This document shows, one piece after another, positions 36,551 through 39,984 of a stretch of DNA of 39,984 nucleotides. The DNA is taken from positions 1 to 39,984 of the forward strand of contig CAZDDK010000002.1 in the NCBI GenBank assembly GCA_964504185.1, in the 5' to 3' direction. Each line of letters begins with the position of its first letter. Positions within the stretch are counted from its first letter, which is position 1. Below the pieces are notes generated by a model. The model saw only the letters and a program-made list of their open reading frames with translations, ran no database searches and was not told the DNA's origin. This stretch comes from an uncultured Rhodoferax sp. (GTDB taxonomy: Bacteria; Pseudomonadota; Gammaproteobacteria; Burkholderiales; Burkholderiaceae_C). The translations under genes and the position numbers were made by a program.

Positions 36551-38344
36551 TCAGGCAGTCATCCATCTCGCAAGCAGCAGCTGAAAGGCACCTGGCCCGG
36601 ACATCAGCAAGAGCAACAAGCCCAGTGCAATCGGCGCCAGCATGGCGGCGACCGGCCAGCGCGCCGCGCCGGGCCATGTGCGGGGAAGCAAAGGCTGGAT
36701 CAGCCAAACCAGGAGTGGAAGCACGATTGCGGCAAATGCCAGGCCCAGCGGTGCAACGGCCTTAAGGCCGGACATTTCACTGCCGGTCGCCTGCGCCAGT
36801 TGGTGCGCAAACAATGCGACGATTGCCGTCATGCCGGGTTGCACGCTGTACCGCACGCCGTTGAAGGTGGCGGAGAGGGCACCGCTTTCACCCTGGCTTG
36901 CCATCAGGCCCGGCAGCATGGCCACCAGTTGCTCGAGATGGACCAAGGCGGGTGCCAGCGTCAATTGCTGGCCGTTGCCCACGGGGTAAATGCCATTTGC
37001 TCGGCCATCACCCACCTGGAAGGCAAAGGGGATGAAGGCCAGATTCCCATCGTTGTAGCCGGAAAGAACGGCTGCGCCGCACATGGTTTGTTCCACATAG
37101 CGCAGTGGCATGCCCAACGTGCTGGAGAGCATGTTCACCAGATCCACGAGCAGGGCGGGGCCTTCGCCAGCGGCCAGGTTCACGATGGGTGGCATGGCTG
37201 CCAAGCCGCAGGCGGGGGAGACGCTGAGTGTGGGAATGCTGGGCATGGTGGGTGCTTCCACCACCGTGAATTGAATCGCGTCGGCGTTGCTGTTGCCATC
37301 GTTGTCGCTGGCGCTGACCTTGAAGACGAAGGTGCCCACGGTGGTGGGAACGCCCGAGATGGCTCCTGTTCCGGCGTTCAGCGTCAAGCCGGGTGGAAGG
37401 CTGCCGGTGGCGATGGCGTAGCCGGTGACGGGGTCGCCATTGGTCGGCGTGACGAAGCCGGAAAGGTCCAGACTGTAGGCCGCCCCGGTCGTTCCCGTTT
37501 GATCGGGTACGTTGCCCATGACCGGTGGTACCTCGATGGGCGTGCGGTCCATGGCGGAGTTGTTGGCCGGGTTTGGGTCGGCACCGTGGGTGCCATCGTC
37601 GGCTATGGAGGCGGTGTTGCTGATTTCCACCACCCCCAGCGATAGCGGGCTAACCACCGTCACGGCAAACGTTGTGTTGCCGCTTGCGCTGACGGCGAGC
37701 CCCCCCACGTTGTAGGTGCAGGTCGATCCCTCATAGTTGTTGGGTGCGCACGCCCAGCCGACGCTGCTGGCACCAGGGTTGAAGGCGGTGTTGGCTGGCA
37801 CGGTTTCGGTGATGGTCACTCCGCTTGCGGCCTGCCCGCTGGCGTTGGAAAAACCCAATGTGTAGCCGACCGTGGCTCCCGGTGCGACGCTGGCACCCCC
37901 ATCACTTTTGGTAAGGATCAGATCAGGAGGGGCGAGGTCGTCGTTGGTGATGGTGCCTGTGCCTTGGGCATCGAGGATGTTGGCAGCACTGGCGTTGAAC
38001 AGGTTGACGCTGAAGGTTTCGTTGGCCTCCGCCGTCGAGTCTCCAAAGACCAGTACCGTGATGGTTTTCGACGCGCCATCGCCAATGGCCCAGGTGAGGG
38101 TACCCGAGCCACTTGCGAAGTCGCTGCCTGCGAGGGCCGTGCCGTTGGCGGTGGCCCAATCGACGCTGGCAGGTGTCGCCGCCGGTGGTGCCGACAGCGA
38201 CACGGTGAATGTGAAGTTCGTGGTGCCAGCGTTGCCCTCGTTGACGGTGATGTCACTGATGCGGATATCGGGCTCCGCGGCCTGCGCAGACAGGGCAAGC
38301 ATCGCCAGGAAGATTGAGCAAGCAAGTCGAAGTAGTGGGTGCAT
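36551..38344 (-). CDS. Secreted/surface protein: Calx-beta + DUF11 + putative Ig domain, apparently chimeric C-terminus
   Basis: Signal peptide; VNEGN..FTVSLS..ATANGTA.AGSDF..GD...E.NETF (Calx-beta); DLILTKSD..YTL..N (DUF11); GSLPPGLTLN..TGAISGVPT..GTF.F (Ig-like). Confidence 0.82.
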   Translation of the reverse strand: MHPLLRLACSIFLAMLALSAQAAEPDIRISDITVNEGNAGTTNFTFTVSLSAPPAATPASVDWATANGTALAGSDFASGSGTLTWAIGDGASKTITVLVFGDSTAEANETFSVNLFNASAANILDAQGTGTITNDDLAPPDLILTKSDGGASVAPGATVGYTLGFSNASGQAASGVTITETVPANTAFNPGASSVGWACAPNNYEGSTCTYNVGGLAVSASGNTTFAVTVVSPLSLGVVEISNTASIADDGTHGADPNPANNSAMDRTPIEVPPVMGNVPDQTGTTGAAYSLDLSGFVTPTNGDPVTGYAIATGSLPPGLTLNAGTGAISGVPTTVGTFVFKVSASDNDGNSNADAIQFTVVEAPTMPSIPTLSVSPACGLAAMPPIVNLAAGEGPALLVDLVNMLSSTLGMPLRYVEQTMCGAAVLSGYNDGNLAFIPFAFQVGDGRANGIYPVGNGQQLTLAPALVHLEQLVAMLPGLMASQGESGALSATFNGVRYSVQPGMTAIVALFAHQLAQATGSEMSGLKAVAPLGLAFAAIVLPLLVWLIQPLLPRTWPGAARWPVAAMLAPIALGLLLLLMSGPGAFQLLLARWMTA

Positions 38345-38439
38345 GGTTCGTGCGCGGTGTGGCATCTATGAAGGTCGGTAGATTGTGTTTGCCGATGGCC
38401 CTTACCGCTATTCCCCCAATGGGGAATGGTTGAAGTGGG

Positions 38440-39316
38440 CTAGCGGTTGAGCGCACGCCCCAGGCTGTCCCAGTCCTGCGAGCCAGTTGCGGCGAATATC
38501 ACGCGCAGGTGCTTCTTCAGCGCCTCATGGCTGACGCCAATGACGGTTGCGCAGTCCACGCGGGGATGGCCCAGACCCGCAAGGACCGCGATTTCCCGTT
38601 GCAATGGGCTGAGCTTGAGGGACAAGACCTTGCGCACGACATCGACGCGACGAGGTTGAATTCTGCGCAACTCGACGAGCACATGGGGGCCATCCGGTGC
38701 GCGCTTCGCATCTGGCGCATGCACGGCGCGGGCGTTGGCCAGAAGTGCGCCCCCAGGAATGGGCAGCCGCAGTTGCCGATCCCTTGCCAGTGCATGCGCG
38801 GCGTGTGGCACGAGATGCCGTAGAAACTGCGGAACGGCATCCGGGTGTTGGCCTTGATTGATGCCAGTCCCACGCTGGTTGGCGCTTCGGAGCATGGCGA
38901 CGGCAGCCTCGTCCAGCGGAACGATGCGGTTTTGCTCGGCGTTGATGAGCAGATGGCCGGTTTGGACACTCTCTCCGTGCCAATCTTCGGGTGGGAGGGC
39001 CTCGCAAAGCGCTTGCTCCACCTTGCTTGCGGGCCAGCGCCAGCACATTGATTTCACGCGCACCAACAAAAAGGCGCTCGAATTCATTGAGGAATAGGTC
39101 TTGTACGGCTGCGGGCGAGTCCTCGTGAAAGAACCCTTCAGCCAAACCCGCTTCATCGAGCCAGAACAGCGCCGCGGCGTCTGCCCCAACTATCTGTCGC
39201 AGGACGGTCGCCAGTTCTGCGGCAATGGGTGCAATACCGACACGGGCTCGGCACAGGAGGTCCAGCTCCAGCCAGAGACGGCGTGTGAGCGTGGCGGAGA
39301 GGGGCGCGCGCGTCAT
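38440..39316 (-). pseudogene. Frameshifted LuxR-type (C-terminal HTH) regulator
   Basis: N-terminal about 100 aa in the frame starting 39316; the HTH-bearing half (LSPLQREIAVL...IGVSHEALKKHLRVIFAATG) is in another frame. Switch near 39020. Confidence 0.7.
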
Positions 39317-39382
39317 GCTGCGCTATTGTTCAGCGCAGCGCCGGGGGAAATAAGCCAACCCAGGGTGGGTATGCGGGCCGTC

Positions 39383-39984
39383 TTAGGCGTGCGCAGTCGC
39401 GTCCCGAACCTGGTGGAGAACGGATTCCACCAGTTCTGCCCGCGTGCCGACGCCAAACCGCGACTGCAAGCGGTTGACATAGCTTTTGAGCGTGCCAACG
39501 GTCAGGCCAAGGGCTCCCGCCAGTTCTACCAGACTGGGTTTGCGCGTGGAGGCAATGACGATGCGCTTCTCCTGGGGCGACATAGGCCAGTGGAGCAGGT
39601 TTCGGGCGACGCGCAAATCTGCAGGTTCGCTGTGCCCGATGCTTACCGCCAGCAGCGGCGGGGTCCGCCTTCCAAGGGGTGGCAAGTATTCCGCGTGGTA
39701 GTGGAAGTGCCCGCTGATCCGGTTTTCCTGCCACTGTCTGCGGCCAGCCGTGGGCGTTTGGCGCAGCCAGAGTCGGATGTCCTCCCGTATCGTGTCAGGC
39801 AGGGTATCGAGGTCGGCGCGTGCCCACGCCAGCATGCCCATGTGGGCTCCGTGCGCCAGATACAGGCGGTGGGTGGCGTCGGCACTGCGAGCCAGCATAT
39901 TGCCGTTGGTGTCGAACAGCAGCAGTTCATTGGACCGTGCAACACGCCCCGTGCAGGGGCCAAGGCCGGTATAAGGTCCGCTGT
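39383..39984 (-). CDS. LuxR-type C-terminal HTH regulator, 5' end outside the window
   Basis: Frame open to the window end; MSPQEKRIV...ELAGALGLTVGTLKSYVNRLQSRFGVGTRAEL. Confidence 0.8.
   Translation of the reverse strand, partial: SGPYTGLGPCTGRVARSNELLLFDTNGNMLARSADATHRLYLAHGAHMGMLAWARADLDTLPDTIREDIRLWLRQTPTAGRRQWQENRISGHFHYHAEYLPPLGRRTPPLLAVSIGHSEPADLRVARNLLHWPMSPQEKRIVIASTRKPSLVELAGALGLTVGTLKSYVNRLQSRFGVGTRAELVESVLHQVRDATAHA

Noticed and set aside
37224-37245. IPTLS string suggesting an IPTL-CTERM sorting signal
   Set aside because: It is internal and not followed by the required TM helix and basic tail.
1-39984. CRISPR array, tRNA/rRNA, transposase, integrase, defence system
   Set aside because: No regularly spaced repeats, cloverleaf-like sequence or catalytic motifs seen by eye. 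The bipartite motif copies are kilobases apart, so they are not an array.

Overview
GC-rich betaproteobacterial chromosome segment; gene content and protein style suggest Comamonadaceae, possibly Rhodoferax-like (inference). From the left: a partial metX under a SAM-II riboswitch, FNT and Amt transporters, cytochrome b561 with two YceI genes, an orphan LivJ-type binding protein, yqjDEK-like genes, an exported M1 aminopeptidase, a microprotein plus extra signal peptidase I, a TPR protein and copA/copZ. Then a Crp/Fnr regulator, an NsrR-controlled NO-stress cassette (A-type Fe-S carrier, two DUF2249 proteins, nnrS, nsrR), DUF2892, rdgC, a Spy-like gene, DUF2189/DUF2788, a low-GC acyltransferase, nnrU, a diguanylate cyclase and a hydrolase. 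A probable replication origin (DnaA boxes, IHF site, DnaA-trios) lies just upstream of minCDE. The right end holds a CdaR-sensor/PAS/GGDEF/EAL protein, Lrp, a glutamine amidotransferase and a decaying accessory block (chimeric Calx-beta protein, two LuxR-type regulators, one frameshifted). Main unexplained signals: (1) a fixed-spacing bipartite motif GCTAT-N7-ATAGC-N17-CGCGGGCTAG, five co-oriented copies; (2) an oriC-like locus with no dnaA in the window; (3) a palindromic element inserted in frame in metX; (4) a TonB-box-tailed microprotein paired with a signal peptidase. No rRNA, tRNA, CRISPR or transposase was seen. Family calls come from motif recognition by eye, not database searches.
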